A stretch of DNA of 64,000 nucleotides from Trichoplax adhaerens. Taxonomy: Eukaryota > Animalia > Placozoa. The translations under genes and the position numbers were made by a program. The notes beneath the pieces were generated by a model that worked only from the letters and a program-made list of their open reading frames with translations, made no database searches and was not told where the DNA came from. Location of the stretch: positions 158,678-222,677 of the forward strand of contig NW_002060946.1 in assembly GCF_000150275.1 (NCBI RefSeq), in the 5' to 3' direction. Shown here piece after piece: positions 26,890-41,725 of this stretch. Within the stretch, counting starts at the first letter, position 1; every line of letters starts with the position of its first letter.

Positions 26890-27570
26890 AGTACAGACTA
26901 CAGACCTGTGCTTCACTTATGTACAGTATAGTACAGTACTATATCACAGTACATTGTACTGTGAGGACCGAAGAGAACTGTACACTGTACACTGTACAGA
27001 CAGAAGAGTACAGTACAGTACAGCACTATACTGTACATTGTACAACTGTACTGTGTTGTGTATTACTGTCTAGAGTTGATACTAACAACTGTATTGAAAG
27101 TTCGTCCTGCACTACTCTCCATGAGCCTTACAGTATATGTACTGTAAGTCAAATACTGTACACTGTACTCTACCCAGACGCAAGGATTCACTAGTGCCAC
27201 AAGAGTAAGTTATAACCGTAAGCTGATAGGCGTTTCTTTTACCTCGTCCTGTGGGTGTATCAACATGAGTAAGTAAAAAGCAGACTGCTGACCAAGGTTT
27301 ACTAACAGTAAAAGCATTTGTTCATTTGTTCGTGTTCATGTAACAACCAAGTAGCAGTACAGTATAAGAGCGATATACTGTACAGCAAGTACAGTACACC
27401 AGGTAATATCCGTATTTACAGTACTTTATCCTACAGTCAGCTGGTACAGTACTGTACTGTACTGTACGCTAAAAATGATTGAGAATGCTATACTGTACAC
27501 TAAAAATGATTGAGAACGCTCTACAGTACACTAAAAATGATTGAGAATGCTTCACTATACTGTACTGTAC
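26890..27570. repeat. TACAG/CTGTA-rich tract including a 3 x 31-bp repeat (27465-27552)
   Basis: Dense footprint-like units; ctaaaaatgattgagaa occurs three times. Confidence 0.85.
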
Positions 27571-28257
27571 AGTGCTGCACTGAACTGTAATCAGGACGCT
27601 GTCGCCTGCTTGAACACAATACTGTAACTCATTCAGCCATCATGGATGGGACGCTTGGAAGGACAGGACTGTTCCCAACACGGTCAACATGTTACCTTAT
27701 GCAACGTCAGTTGTTGCCAGAATGCTATACTGTACATACACTGTACAGTGCTGCACTGAACTGTAATCAGGACGCTGTCGCCTGCTTGAACACAATACTG
27801 TAACTCATTCAGCCATCATGGACGGGACGCTTGGAGGGACAGGACTGTATCCAACACGGTCAACATGTTACTCTTTGCAACGCCAGTTGTTGCCAGAATG
27901 CTATACTGTACTGTACAGTACATACTGTACACTGTACAGTGCTGCACTGAACTGTAATCAGGACGCTGTCACCCTGCTTGAACACAATACTGTAACCCAT
28001 CCAGCCGTCGTGGACGGGACGCTTGGAGGGACAGGATTGTACCCAACACGGTCAACATGTTACCTTATGCAACGCCAGTTGTTGCCAGAATGCTATACTG
28101 TACATACACTGTACAGTGCTGCACTGAACTGTAATCAGGACGCTGTCGCCTGCTTGAACACAATACTGTAACTCATCCAGCCATCATGGACGGGACGCTT
28201 GGAAGGACAAGACTGTATCCAACACGGTCAACATGTTACCATATGCAACGCCAGTTG
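27562..28257. repeat. Tandem repeat, ~4 x 176-191 bp
   Basis: agtgctgcactgaactgtaatcaggacgctgtc at 27571, 27747, 27938 and 28115, with high identity between copies. Confidence 0.97.
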
Positions 28258-30840
28258 GTAAATGAATCTTAAATAGGGCAGGATTACAACATCAGTACTG
28301 TACTGTACCCAACTCATTTAAAATACAAAAATATTTGCCTTGAGCAAAAGTGCTCAATTTGATTAGCTTTATTTACAAGCGTATAGTACTGCATTTTCCA
28401 GCTGGAGTCATGCATTAATCCCGATTGATATTTTGAATGAGTATATAGCAACAGTCGTTCATCAGCAATTCTTATGTATGGAAATCAATGAGATGAAAAG
28501 AAACAGCTTGGAATAGTTTTCAATCCATTTCCAATCAATCTATTGACAGTCAGCATATCTATTTGGAAATTGAGCATTCCATTCATCAACTTCATCGTAT
28601 TTGTGGATTGGCGATGATAGCAATCAGGTAAATATTCTTACTATCTAGTATTAGCCAGTTGTTGATTTGGATCGTTGAGCTAGGTAGAAAAATAACGATG
28701 ATGATGATGATGTATTATTGTAATAGATAAATAAATAGAATGCCTCTTTCGCTATCACCGTTGAATTGATCGATATCACGTTAGCCTTGACTATCTTTGC
28801 TTATGCGCTTTTATGGCACTAATTATTATTTTCGATACAAGCATCAACAAAAATCATCCAAAACACAATCATGTCGTCCAGTATGAAATGAAACCATCGA
28901 CTCGTACAATCTAGTCTGTAGTTAATTTTGTACAATTGATTTTGATTCAAGTACACATATTTCATTTATAGCCTGTCATCGACATGCCTTTTTGCTAACT
29001 GCAAATTTTATCCATACTTGATGATGATGAGCAAGGATGGCGTACAGTAGTATTGGAAATACATCGATAATTGTACTTAGGTACTGTTAGCAACATATTG
29101 CGCAGCAACGACAAACTTGCAGTAGACTGCAGTGTTAATGTATTGAAAGGTAATGGAGCAAACCTTTTAATCCTGTTCCTTTTACAAATAGTAATAGTAA
29201 TAGAATTAAGGAATAACTGATGCCGTAAAGTAAAATGATGCGCTCTCCGATCTATAATTAATAGGATGATCAGAAAATTATTTTGATATGGAATAGCAAC
29301 TTTTTAAAGGGAAATTGTTTTAATAGCAAGCTTTATAGTACAGTATATGTACGACGCGTTAATTCTACCCTTAATCCGTCTATCGCTTCAAAGGTAATTT
29401 TTTCAACCAATTACTAAAACATTCAATAACATAAGTTACTTTCACATAAATTAATTAAGGAGCAGACATTACCAATGATATAGCACAAGCGTTCTTTAGA
29501 AAGATAAAGAACCGGTAATAAATATCGTAGAAAAAGTATCGATTCTCATCATTGCTTCAACTTGAATCTTTTATTTGGTAGACATTTGTAGTCAATGAAT
29601 ATTCTAAATGGCGAGAGATTTATTTTTTTCTTTCATTTTATAGTGTGAAATAATCGACTCCAATCGATCAAAATTTTCATTTCATTTATTGATTGGCCTG
29701 ATAAAACGGCAACAAATTGATTGATTGTTAATGTCGTAATATTCCGCTGTCTCATCTGTCATCATTTAGCAGCTGGAACCATTTTATGAAGAAGAGTAAT
29801 GGTGTTTTACGACATTAGACACTAACTATTCAGTACTGTAGAAAGAGGTACACCAATAGAAGCTATAATATTTATTGATGTTACTGCAACACCGGCAGTG
29901 CCATCGTAGCAGCGGGAGGGATGGAACAACATAAGGTAGTGGATCATTGAAGGACTTCACAGAGTAGATTGGTCAATCTTAACAAACTCCACTGACAGTA
30001 TATTATTATTATGTATATCGATGTACGCGTCATAAAAAAAAAAAGCATTTGGAGGATTGATCGTAATTTATTGATTTCATTTCGATGAAGTTGATAAAGA
30101 TAGATACACAAACTTGTATAATTTTACAGCTTGTGCAACATTTACTGAAGAAATGGGATAGACTGGTACAAGTTTGAATTCATGTCATGATTTACGCCTT
30201 GTCTGTCTAGTATACACTATAGTGTACAGTAGTTTGTAAGTACAACACTCAACCAGACAAAGGAAAGTAAATTTTATGAAAAGTTCGTTTTTTTGGTATC
30301 CCATATCGTAAATAAAGTATTCAATCTTATTAACATGATCAAAACATTCCCAGTACTGTAATTTAGAGTACAATTGAAAGTTTGGCCCATTGCTTACACT
30401 AATATGAGCGAGTTGCGATTAAGCTAGTGGATTACTTTGGCGACATAATTTGAACCATGTAGATTGAGAAAGAAGCATTTCATAAACTGCTATAAAATGG
30501 GATCCATTAAAAGAAAAAGCATAATATGCGATGCAAGCAATGTTTTTTATTCCTTATGACGCTAAACTGTCATTGATGATAGCAATCAGATACAAAAGGA
30601 GTTATTCTCTAGTCGACTCCTATTGCTCTACTCAATAACTCAATATTCCATGACTTCCACGGTTATTGTGTTTTGCCCGTGTTTCATCACCGAGTTATTA
30701 TTAAAAGGCGGCAGAGTTTGTTTTGACTTTCATAAAAGAGAATACAAATAATAACATGCCTAGCATTGTATAACTTTCTTTCTACAGATATGCTAATAAA
30801 TAGTTACTATAATAAGTTGTTATTACTATTGTTGAATATT

Positions 30841-31170
30841 TTGTAAAATTGACTCAACTATCTACCATTCAAGTCCGTGTAGAAAGCAATGGTAAATGCA
30901 ATGTTGAAAAACACTTTAAACCTCTTAAAATGCCACTACAAAATAGAAGTTGTAAAATTGACTCAATTCTGCATCATCCAAGTCCCTGTAGAAAGCCACT
31001 GTAGTAGATGCAATGTTGAAAAACACTTTTCAACCTCTGAAAATGCCACTACAAAATCGAATTTGTAAAATTAACTCAACTATCTATCATCCTACTCTCT
31101 GTATAAAGCCATCGTAGGTGCAATGTTGAAAAGCGCATTAAATCTCTTAAAATGCCACTACTATATAGAA
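30841..31170. repeat. Tandem repeat, 3 x ~110 bp
   Basis: ttgtaaaatt(g/a)actcaa...aaatgccacta at ~30841, ~30950 and ~31063. Confidence 0.9.
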
Positions 31171-33921
31171 TTTTACAAACAGTAAAATGGTTACTCCATG
31201 CTATACTCTACGACAGCATAAATTACTCAATTACAATCGGATACAAACATGCCTGACAAAATGGGTGTACTAATACAAGCAGATTTATTCCTTTCTATCA
31301 ATAGCTTGAAATTGCACATTGGAAGTGTTTGGACTAGCGAAAATCACATGTAGTTGCTATATTAGAAGCAGAAATAGGTTATTACCAAATTTCAATAACT
31401 TTAAATTTCGCATTGCCAGCGTTTGGACTAGCTAAATTTTCCTGTACTCGCTACGCTACATAAGGAGAAGTAGATTATTGTAAAATATCAATAATTTCAA
31501 ATTTTCCATTGATAGACTTGTACATTGATGTGTACTTTGATGTTGAAAGGCAAATTATACTTCGGGCGAGCAGGTTTCCTTTGATAATGGTAAAACATTT
31601 TCTCATTTAGTTTGATTTTGATTTCAAATTTACAGTGTCTGGTTTGATTCGGCATTGAAATGGTGAAGGTTTCAAAACCTAAACCAAACCGTGATCAGCT
31701 GTAGCTGTATCTGTTGGTCCATAGAAATAGATTATTACAAAGTACCAATAACTTCAAATTTCATATTGATCCACAGTTTTTCATCCATTACCAATGCCAA
31801 TCTACTCTACTTAGCTTGTACCGTACTAGAGGTCAATCCTGACCTATTTCAACGCTATAGTATTATAGCTAGTTTTTTTTTCTTTCTTTTACCCTCTGTG
31901 ATATTACGTATATGCTGGCTGTAAAGAAGTAACCGTTCAAATTTTAATCGTTATGGAAGTAGGGATTAAACTCTTGAACCCATCATTTAAGTGAGCACAC
32001 CTTACCGACTCGTTTGCATAAAATTTTGGATGACTAAGTACAGTATAGTAGTATTGTATGTAAACCAATGTAGATATTGACACCAGTTTTTAGGAGATTG
32101 AGGATAAATTGCCTGCATGGATTGCAGTTATTATGATCTGTCTTAAGAATTGGGGCATTGCACATGTTTAATCAGGTTTAAAGGGAATAATGTAGCGGAA
32201 TGGCTGCTTCTGCAGGTAGAAATTCAATTCTAGTGTACCATTGAATAAGTGTTAAGTATGATAGATTTGAAGCACACTAGTTTAGTCTGTTTGCGATCTT
32301 GTGAAATCATATCTACTGTAGTACTAGGAAATGAACACGAATGAATTAATGAATTCAAAAATGCGTAGATATGGTATTTGGCATTGTTTTGAGCGGCCTA
32401 TTTTGATTTCTATCTAGTGCTATCGGAAGTCAACTCTATTTTTTTACCAATTTAATCCATTTATTTCATACCATCACATGTAACAACTTAATGTACTTCC
32501 ATATATTGATTTTTCGAGATTGACATAGTATCCGTAATGTCCGTAATGTAGAGAGTTTACAATAAAAGTTGTATAAGGACTATCGAAATGTTCGTTAAAG
32601 ACGGCGAAAAACTAACAAAATGAAATCACTAGAACTGTTATATCATGGCTGAATTATATCGATTTTAAAATTACCAATATACATGAGCGTAATTAGCGAA
32701 TTGAAATTTAGCTGTACAGTATGATGTTTGCACTAAGATCGTACTACTGAAATTTTAATAAAAAAATTGATTGATGTTGCTAACAATGATACTTGCTGTT
32801 GTATTAGAGCTTACTGTTATTTTAAAAACTGATACATTGGACTTTTCAATTTTCTTCTTCTAATGTATACTATGCAAGATGTCTTGACGACTGTAGTAAA
32901 ATGATGCTAACCCTTATGTGAGCATTAATGACTATATATATGATCTATCATTTAAAGTGCAGCTGTTTTATCATTTTTTGTATCTATGCAAGCAATATTG
33001 ACACATACTCTTGGTAACCGATTATTGCCATAAGTAGTTTACAAACATTGATCGCTGTAATTATTGACTTACTATTATACGCAGTGGAATCGAATTGAAC
33101 TAATAATGACGAAGAAATCTATAGAAACGACAGTTATGTCTGAATATTATTATAATAAGTAATAACTGTTCCTTATTGCAAGCCAAGTGATGTATCACTG
33201 CAGTAAACCGACTATCATATTGTGTATTTTATTAGCCGAGAAGATTTTATCTTGTCAGGAATTATCAAGCAACTTTGTCTACAAATATTATACTGTAGTA
33301 TTTCTATAATAATTTGGGATCTACTAAAATATACGCGTTTGACAATTACCACTTACAATCTCTACAGTAAGTCATCAAATATTACGCCTATTTAAAGTGG
33401 CCTGGCTGCCAGCTGTATTCCAACTTACGTATTTTTACGCTTACTGAAAACCTCGAGATCTCTTCAGTAACATATAATAACTGTATGCCTTTCATATAGC
33501 TCTTATATACGCTTAGTTCAAAATTACAACAGCAAAAGTGAAGGGAAATATTATATATTATTCTTACTACTGGTTTAGCTTTTGGAACGAACCGACTCAT
33601 ATAACAATTTATTCTGTAAAAGTAACACCGTGGAATGGACAATATTTCTATATCATGTTAAAAAAGTAAAATTAAATATCTTACCTTGCAATGTGTATCT
33701 ACGAAATTACTAGGATACAAATCATTTTGTAATGAATCTGCTTCGTTTGCTATTGCCCATGATATATACTGTACAGCATAGGATACTAATATGATAGCAC
33801 ACAAAATCGATGAAGGAAATGCTCCATTGGTTACCGTAATTATTTATAGATTTTATTCTTACCATTTTAGCACCTTTGCTACCGGTGGTACCTTTATTTG
33901 AAATACTGCTAAGCTCAAACT

Positions 33922-36900
33922 ATGGATGTCGTTCGCCAAATCACTTTACTAATAACTCAAAGCAGGCTTCCACATTTATCAAAGAAAGGATTTCTCGAAG
34001 GGCCTGATTATCCGAGATTACTAGGTGCCCCACAACAGATAAAGGTTAGTAATAATCATGCCAAACCGTCTTTTAAAATACGCAAAAATATCTTGATTGT
34101 TTCTGTTTTTATGAATTATTGTATCTAGTCTTGAACATGTTTAGAATTAAATACAGTTATCTTAATTATCTTAAATTGTAACAATCCTAATCTACTAGCA
34201 TAAAATTAGGGTTCACAACAGTTACAGTGCAATTGTAGTAAACAGCGTTATCTTCCGTTTGCCTAGTGTTCATTGCTATATAGTATGTACGCACTTTTGT
34301 ACTATACTATATAAACCTATTTCAAGTACTTCATTTTAAATTCTATGTCAATATTGGTACAACTACCCGCCCAAACTTAAGCTAGCTGTTCATTCATTTT
34401 GTTAAAATAAATCATTTTTTATCTAATACCTCCAATAAACTACGTTATCGCATAGACCCAATTAGGAAAGGCTGCTATTAAGCAGTTTGATCGAATCATA
34501 AGCCAAAATAAAAACGTGGTATGTATTGAAGTATGGGTCAAACAAAGTAGTTTTGAAACGATTACTAAAGAATCATCAGAGAGAATAGCGGATCTCACAT
34601 GGCCTCAGCGTGTATCATGTCCAACTCAGGTCAATTCGGAAGATTTCGTCCTTATGGAACAGTGGATGATATCGGTTTTGAAGGAGTAAGTGATAAAGTA
34701 CACAGTTTAGATGGTACTGTACTACAGTTTATGTAACTGCTGTGATATTATTTTGCATTATCGCTTTAAAATATCCCAGTAGCGATGCCATACTGTACTG
34801 AACTGGCTCTTAAAAAATGCAGTGATTATGGCTACTTCTGGAGTTGGAAATGAATACATAGCTATAAAATAATTTTCTCACATACGAATAGTTTCTATTC
34901 GATATCATCCCATTTTTTACCTAATTAAAAACGAAGACGAAATCGGATTCAAATAGCTAACCTATATCAAATTAACCCTTTTATGAGTACGAAATTGTCA
35001 TTATTCAAGCTTGATTGCAACTTAACTATATTGGTAACTTGTAATGCATCTACTTTAAATTATAATACCAAACTTATCTACATGGATGATATAGTCACCA
35101 ATTGAAAAGTATTTCGAATACTACAATATCTGTTTCAGCAGTATAATTGATATCTATCCATCAAAAATAATAGAAGCTAACTAGATTTATAATATTGCAA
35201 TATATATTCAAACACTGGAATGTTTAGAATAAGAAGAGTTGCAGTTCTTGAAATAGTTTTACTCATATATACTGTATACTCGTTATGTAATTATTGAATT
35301 CGATATTAGAGAAATTTTCCTTCATATGTTTAAATATCAAACTGTTACGGTACGGTATTTGAGAAGAATTTTATATGTATTAGTTGATTTTTAAAATCTA
35401 CAAAATCCTATTCCCTATCAAATTATAACAGAAACTGGAGAAATGACGTTTGTAAGGATTACTTAAAGGAAAAATGCTTTACTATATTAGAATGGCATGC
35501 AACTTGTGATAATACAGTACGAAGAAGTTTTAACTTTTATTAGCCAAACAAAATAAAGTCACACCAGCAAACTAGAAATTCTTGCCTAGTATGTATTATT
35601 TGTAATTGTTTTACTATTCTTTAATCAAAATTTTACAGTGGTGAAGATTCCACTAGCAAACCAACTCCTATGTTAGCATCGAATCTAACGGTTAAGAGTA
35701 TGAAATCGCATCTTTATTATTCACAAATTCGAGCAATGATGCAAGAAAGTCAAGGCCAAATGCCATCGAATGTGGTCTACAAGTTAGTAATTGACACAAC
35801 ATTATTAATTGAACTTTATTCATGTTATTGTACTGCTCTAGGCAATTTTAATGAACAAGTGACCTACTCATGCAGTCATAGTAATGATCAAATTTCATAG
35901 CCTCTCTAGAAATTAGTCGAATAAATTATCTAGAGATATCATCGCGAATAGTACACTGTGCAAGATTATACACCCACAGTATTTTTACGCTGCTAACGAT
36001 GACTTCCTTTTTAGTTTTGAAACAGCAGCTTTGTACGCTTTCCTTCATATCAATGCAAGTAAATTACTAAAGTCCAGTTAAAGCAATATAGCTATTATGT
36101 CTGAAACTTTGATTTAATTGAGTTCAATAGTAGTTTGCTACACTAAAATTTATATACGACTGGATGTATGTCAATCATTGTCACGGATTCAATTTTTCTG
36201 TAAAATTGTAGATATAGCTATTATAACACTTCTACCTAGTTTTCGTAATGCATAGTCACACCTATACCTATAGTATATCAAGATTCATTTTTTTATTAAT
36301 GAATTAAAAAGGCAACTAAAATTTTTATCACCGCTCCACTAAAGAAAGTCAGCACGTTGGTCTGCTATAACAATTAAATTAATTATTGTAATTAGGATAT
36401 GTAGCCGGGACGACATAACTAAATGCCCAGGATCGCCGTTAAAGACAATATTTCCTGCCACAAGCTTATCAAATGTAGCATCTTTACATCTACAAGTAAC
36501 CTACCAGCCAAGTTTCATTCAATCTCAACAAAATAATCCGAATAAAAGACGACAATCGATTGATCTAGGATTAGGAATTCAGAATCGAGGTAGTGATATA
36601 TTGTGTAATAGTTATTAATACGTATGTAACAAGTTATTACATGCTTACAATTTTATGCGTTAAGATAGTGAAATAGAAAATTCCAAGAGTTTTGCAAGAC
36701 CTTAAATGCAATATAGTAAATTGGTTGATAAAAAAAGTACTCCTCCAGATAAGTTTGCACTGATCATTATACTTTCCCAAGATTTTTTTATCCTAATTAT
36801 CTACCACGTACGGACGCTTTATTTTGTAACTGTTTGACCTTGGGTGAATAATATTAATATTAGATTAAAATTTCATAACGTATTATAATTATACTGTACT

Positions 36901-39900
36901 GTACATTTCTATATCTATATTTCTATAAGGAATTAATTATGTTAGACTTATTCATGTTCTCATCATTTATTAATCACTTCGCCAATGAAATAATTCGTAG
37001 CAAATTGAACATTTCGAAGGTCATTCCATTGGTTATTGTTTACGATCTTAGTTCAATATCTTTCACCTTTTTTTCCGTGGCTGTTATCATCTTCACAATG
37101 ATTAACTTAATCTATTCAATATTAAGTGCAGTAGCAAGTACTACCGTATAGCAATTAATACCTATTTCCGCTATATGAATACGCAATAGGTGCAAGCTTA
37201 CAGACCAATGGATGTCGCATTAATAATCGTGAGGTGATAGCAATCGATAATAGACCGAGAAGAAATTCACTGGCTGAATGTGCTTATATTTATAACGAAA
37301 CTATCGAACAAGAAGAGGTCAATGTTAGCCAAAACAAAACAACTGATCCTTCAGCTGTTCACGAAATTGTAGTGAATGTCTTAAAAAACGTAGAATCAAC
37401 TAAACATATAGACTCTATGAATCAAAAAAATGGTAGCAATAACGGCAATGAGTCATATGAGATTGGAAATCATTATAATTCATCTCCAAACCGTAAAAAT
37501 ATCGAAATAGCTAAACCTGAAACAAAAAATTTCTATAAACAAAAGACTGAAACAATTGATCCAATTTCGAAGGATAGTTTTGAAAGCAACAATGAAACAG
37601 CAAGCCACCGCGATGCTATCAATAAGAAAGTAACTAAAGCTACAACAAAGCCAGCAACATCGGCAGCTAATTTATCGCCCAAGATGAAAGATAAAGTCGA
37701 TAGAGATAGCGATCTTACGGATAAAACTACTATGGCAAACGTTCATAAAAAATCTGTGCTAAGATTTCGATCGAAAAGTTTCAGCGATCGAGAACATTCA
37801 AGTAGCACTCAAGAAGTAAAAGTATCAAGCCCAATTTCACCCCGTCATTCGAATGTGTCACGTTTTAAAATGCTATTATTTAGATTGCACTTAAAAGAAT
37901 TAACACAGAGTGCAAACGATATTGGTGACGACAGTAACAATTATCGGCGTCGCTCGTCATCATTAGGATCTTATAAGCAAAAGTCAGGTTTAAATACGAA
38001 AGAAACCGATACAACTCGTCGGTCTTCACTACACTTGCCGAAGCTTTCCTCTGGTGCCACTCCCGCCCCAGTGGATGTTAATATTAACACCTCCACGCGA
38101 AGTCCAACGGTACGGTAAAACTAATTTATTAGAAAAGTGAGGAAATAAATTTTTTAAAAGTAATATTTTAGAACACCCTGTACCTACAAAAAGATAGGTA
38201 CCATCAATATCAGTGAAGTGTGGCCATTTTATGTCCTGTGGTAACATATTACTTGGACATGACTATAGAAATAATTTGTATTTATTTACTTAAATTTTTG
38301 TGTCCTCTTGAATATTACGAGTATAATTAATCCAGAAAAACTCTTATAGTTTACAATATATAATTCATTAGATTATAGGAACTAAATCAGATATACATTT
38401 TTCTTGATAGGAAGTAGACAGGCATTCAAAGCTCTTAACCGCCGAGAGTCCTACGCAGTAAGTTAGATGTACTGGGTACAGTATGTAATTTGAGCGTCGA
38501 TTACGCTATTGCGATACCGCCACAACAAATATGATTAATTGACTGTAGATAATACGGTATATTGCTAGTGCTACTAGCCTCAAAATTGTTCTATTTGATT
38601 GTAATTTGTCATTACCTTCGCTTTACATAGAATTTCAGGCAATGTTGCAGCTTTTGTCAAGGTGAGATAAGAATCAAAATTCTTTTACGCCAATTCAATA
38701 ATAGTAACGATGTTAGTCGTGCTATACCTATCTGGAAGGTGATATAAAATGAAATAGTCTAATTGTATGATGATTCCTCTAGGGTCAGAGATTGTTAGTG
38801 CATCAAAAGCGATGTTCAAGCCCACCAATTGGCCTTCATGAACAGCGACTTCTTGGAAATTTTGAAGTAATGTTTTACCTAAAATACTTTAGCACTTTAA
38901 ACGTTCGATATATGTATAATTACTGTAAAAATTAGATATTTGCAGTTATTTTATAAAGTAGCTACTTTTTGTTTATACTCACCATGGTTTTAATGCTCAA
39001 ATAAACGAATATCATTATTTATTCGGGTACTTAAGAAGATCAAGTGCTTAAAAACACAAATTGTATCTTCATGCTTCATATAGCTAATGCTAACTATATT
39101 GCCATTGTAAATATTGCACTCAGGAATCTGTACTAAACAATCGACTCGAATCGTCGGGTAGAATTCAAGTACGTTCGTATTAAATTCCAAGTTCCAATTG
39201 AACTTTGCATTAATATTAGTTCTTCTATTAACCAAATGTTTGTATTAATTAACAATATTGCGATAACCAAATTTAGGGATTTAAATTGACCTTAAGCGTC
39301 GTCGGTTCATCAGCGCAAATAGTTACCCTGCCTATGAATACCTTTTACTATAACGTTTCAGACAATAAAGCGCCATCGCCTTATTTGGTAAGATATTCAA
39401 ACCGCAATCTACTAGACTATGAGTACAAATAGCAGATTGTACTAGATCCTTAAAGCCTACTACTGTTTGAATTTAATATTTATTCTGCTGATTCTGTAGG
39501 GGATAGCAACCTTGCAATTTTTGAATAAATCACGGTATCATATCCCAAAGAAAGGTACTTTAAACATGGTAAGTAAAAAGCTGATTCAATATCAAATTTA
39601 CCCATTTTCGCCTTTTATAGTAAAACTTTCATATACGAGATTACGCAAGACTAGGATGTACTATATGATTCGTAGTATCGACTTTTTTCCTATCTATTTC
39701 GACCTATTTAATAATGTTTATTATTGAAACACTCATCAAGAAGTTCGCTCTTTCTCCTGAACAGACAATCTATAATCCGCAAGAAACTATTATTAAAGTA
39801 TTTAAATCAAGTTATGACCTTAGTGACATGCCCGGTAAATCGAAAACTTTTTTACGCCAAAGAACTACTATAATGACGAATAGGAGATCGGTACGTTTGA

Positions 39901-40319
39901 AATTGTCCATTTAGCTAATTTTAAATTAGCGCTATTTGATACTTTATTGTGTGCAGTACTTTAAGTGCAATGACACTAATTTCTGAACATCCTTTATGAT
40001 AGGATAAACATACACTATTATACGTTATTCATTTAAGGTAGGTTATGAGTAACTAACAATCATTTACTCGCAGTCAATAAAATTTTTGAATGAAATTTAT
40101 ACTCAGCGATGAAGCTATTTTCAATCTTAACGTTTTGGTGTAATCTTACACAGGTTTATATCCTCCAAATCATGTAGAATCTATCTATACTCCGAAATTA
40201 AGACTATATTTCCACATAACTGCAATCTTAAAGTGCAGCAGTTTTCATCACAAGGTTCAGAGGCATTTTTGGAAACTGTTACAGAAGGTCCAACACCAAG
40301 ATATACTGATCGCACTTGA
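33922..40319 (+). CDS. ATOSA: Atos homolog (FAM214 family)
   Basis: About 14 exons. N-terminal LLITQSRLP..KG, LMEQW, KSHLYYSQI..PSNVVYRI; central low-complexity exon ~37190-38109; C-terminal LLGNFEESVLNNR, FYYNVSDNKAPSPYLG, YDLSDMP..TFLRQRT, LLYVIHLRFISSKSCRIYL. A probable 5'UTR exon ends at 28627 (cag|gtaaat) with an acceptor at 33870. Confidence 0.9.
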
Positions 40320-41725
40320 ATTTTATCGTTGATTCGATATTGAATTACTTTTTAGCTACTTTAATCTACTACGTACAGCAAAGTTTTGAAGTAATTTTGG
40401 GACTGCATTTCACTTGGATCATAATTTCAGATCGTTATTCTTAAGATAGTTGTTTACAGAGGCTTTCCATTTGATAATGTTACTATTATATGGATAAAAT
40501 TACAAACAGTACATTGCTATTTTTTAATCTACCATTGCAATGAGTGTCGATTTATTTTTGAATATTAATACTACTTGTACAATGCAAAGTATCTCGAACA
40601 ATACCAAGTCTTTAAAAAGAAGTTTTCGTGCCGATGCCTTAATCCATATCCTACTGCATTTTAGTTGAATTAAGGCACCTACAATGTATTGTTTTCAAAT
40701 GTTGTAGTTTATAAAGATTTTGGCATCAGTTTATGAGGTGCGCAATTCAATACCTCAATATGGAAAATAATTTAAAGTAAATTTAGTTATTTTAATTTCA
40801 CTTTTAAGCTGACGGCGTGATATTATGGAAAAGATTAAGTAACAAAGAGTGAAAATTAACATATACATATGACTGATATCGTAACGTGATTATAATTTAT
40901 ATATCTCATTAGGTTAACATTGATTTCTCTGCGGGACTTTATAATTTCTATTTAAAAAACTTATTAATAGTAATACCAATAATTATAATTAATCAAGAAA
41001 ATGATTGGGAAAAATTCAACATGTAATTATATTATGAATAGAATATTGCTATCGGTCACAGTAGCCTGAACGATGTCATCCACCTGTACTGCAAACCTCC
41101 GAAGTGGCCAACTTTATAGGGTAATTAATTATACGATGCATATGTACTATATATTTATATGTACACTAACGTCAGCGAATATATGTACAAAATTTATGAC
41201 GATGACAATAAATACTATGTTCAGTATCACACAAAGAATTATGTAATATGTATTCTTGCAAGTATGTTGTTAGAACGTTTAACACTATTAGTAATTAACG
41301 TCTTCAAGTCATATACTGTATATCACGAGAACTGGAAATATGAATAACCTACACGGCACACATATTTGATTGCAATCAATAAGGCATACCAATTATGCTG
41401 AACTACAGTAAATAATACCACGAATAATGTACCCTCCAGTGACTTTATGACAAAAATCGCTTAATTTAAAACATCTTAGTATAAGTGCATTACTACCAAA
41501 ATAGCTTTCGTAGCGTACAGAAAGACAGTCCTTTAAGTAAAATCTGTTTTCAACGAATTCTTGTTTCAAATATTTACAAAATTTGCAGAAGATCACAAAT
41601 GATCGATTTGGCTGGCTAATTTGATACCGATAAGCACCAGATAGCAACTGTCATCACAAGACAAGCCTACTTTGCATATTATAGAATAATTGGCCCGTTT
41701 GCAATAATAGAAGCTATGGTCTTGG

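Noticed and set aside
27562-28257. CRISPR-like array, or the 117-aa ORF at 27818
   Set aside because: Whole units repeat with no unique spacers, the context is eukaryotic, and the ORF is a by-product of the repeat.
28628-33870. Hidden gene in the long presumptive ATOS first intron
   Set aside because: I found no coherent exon chain on either strand, only a 110-bp repeat and scattered footprints.
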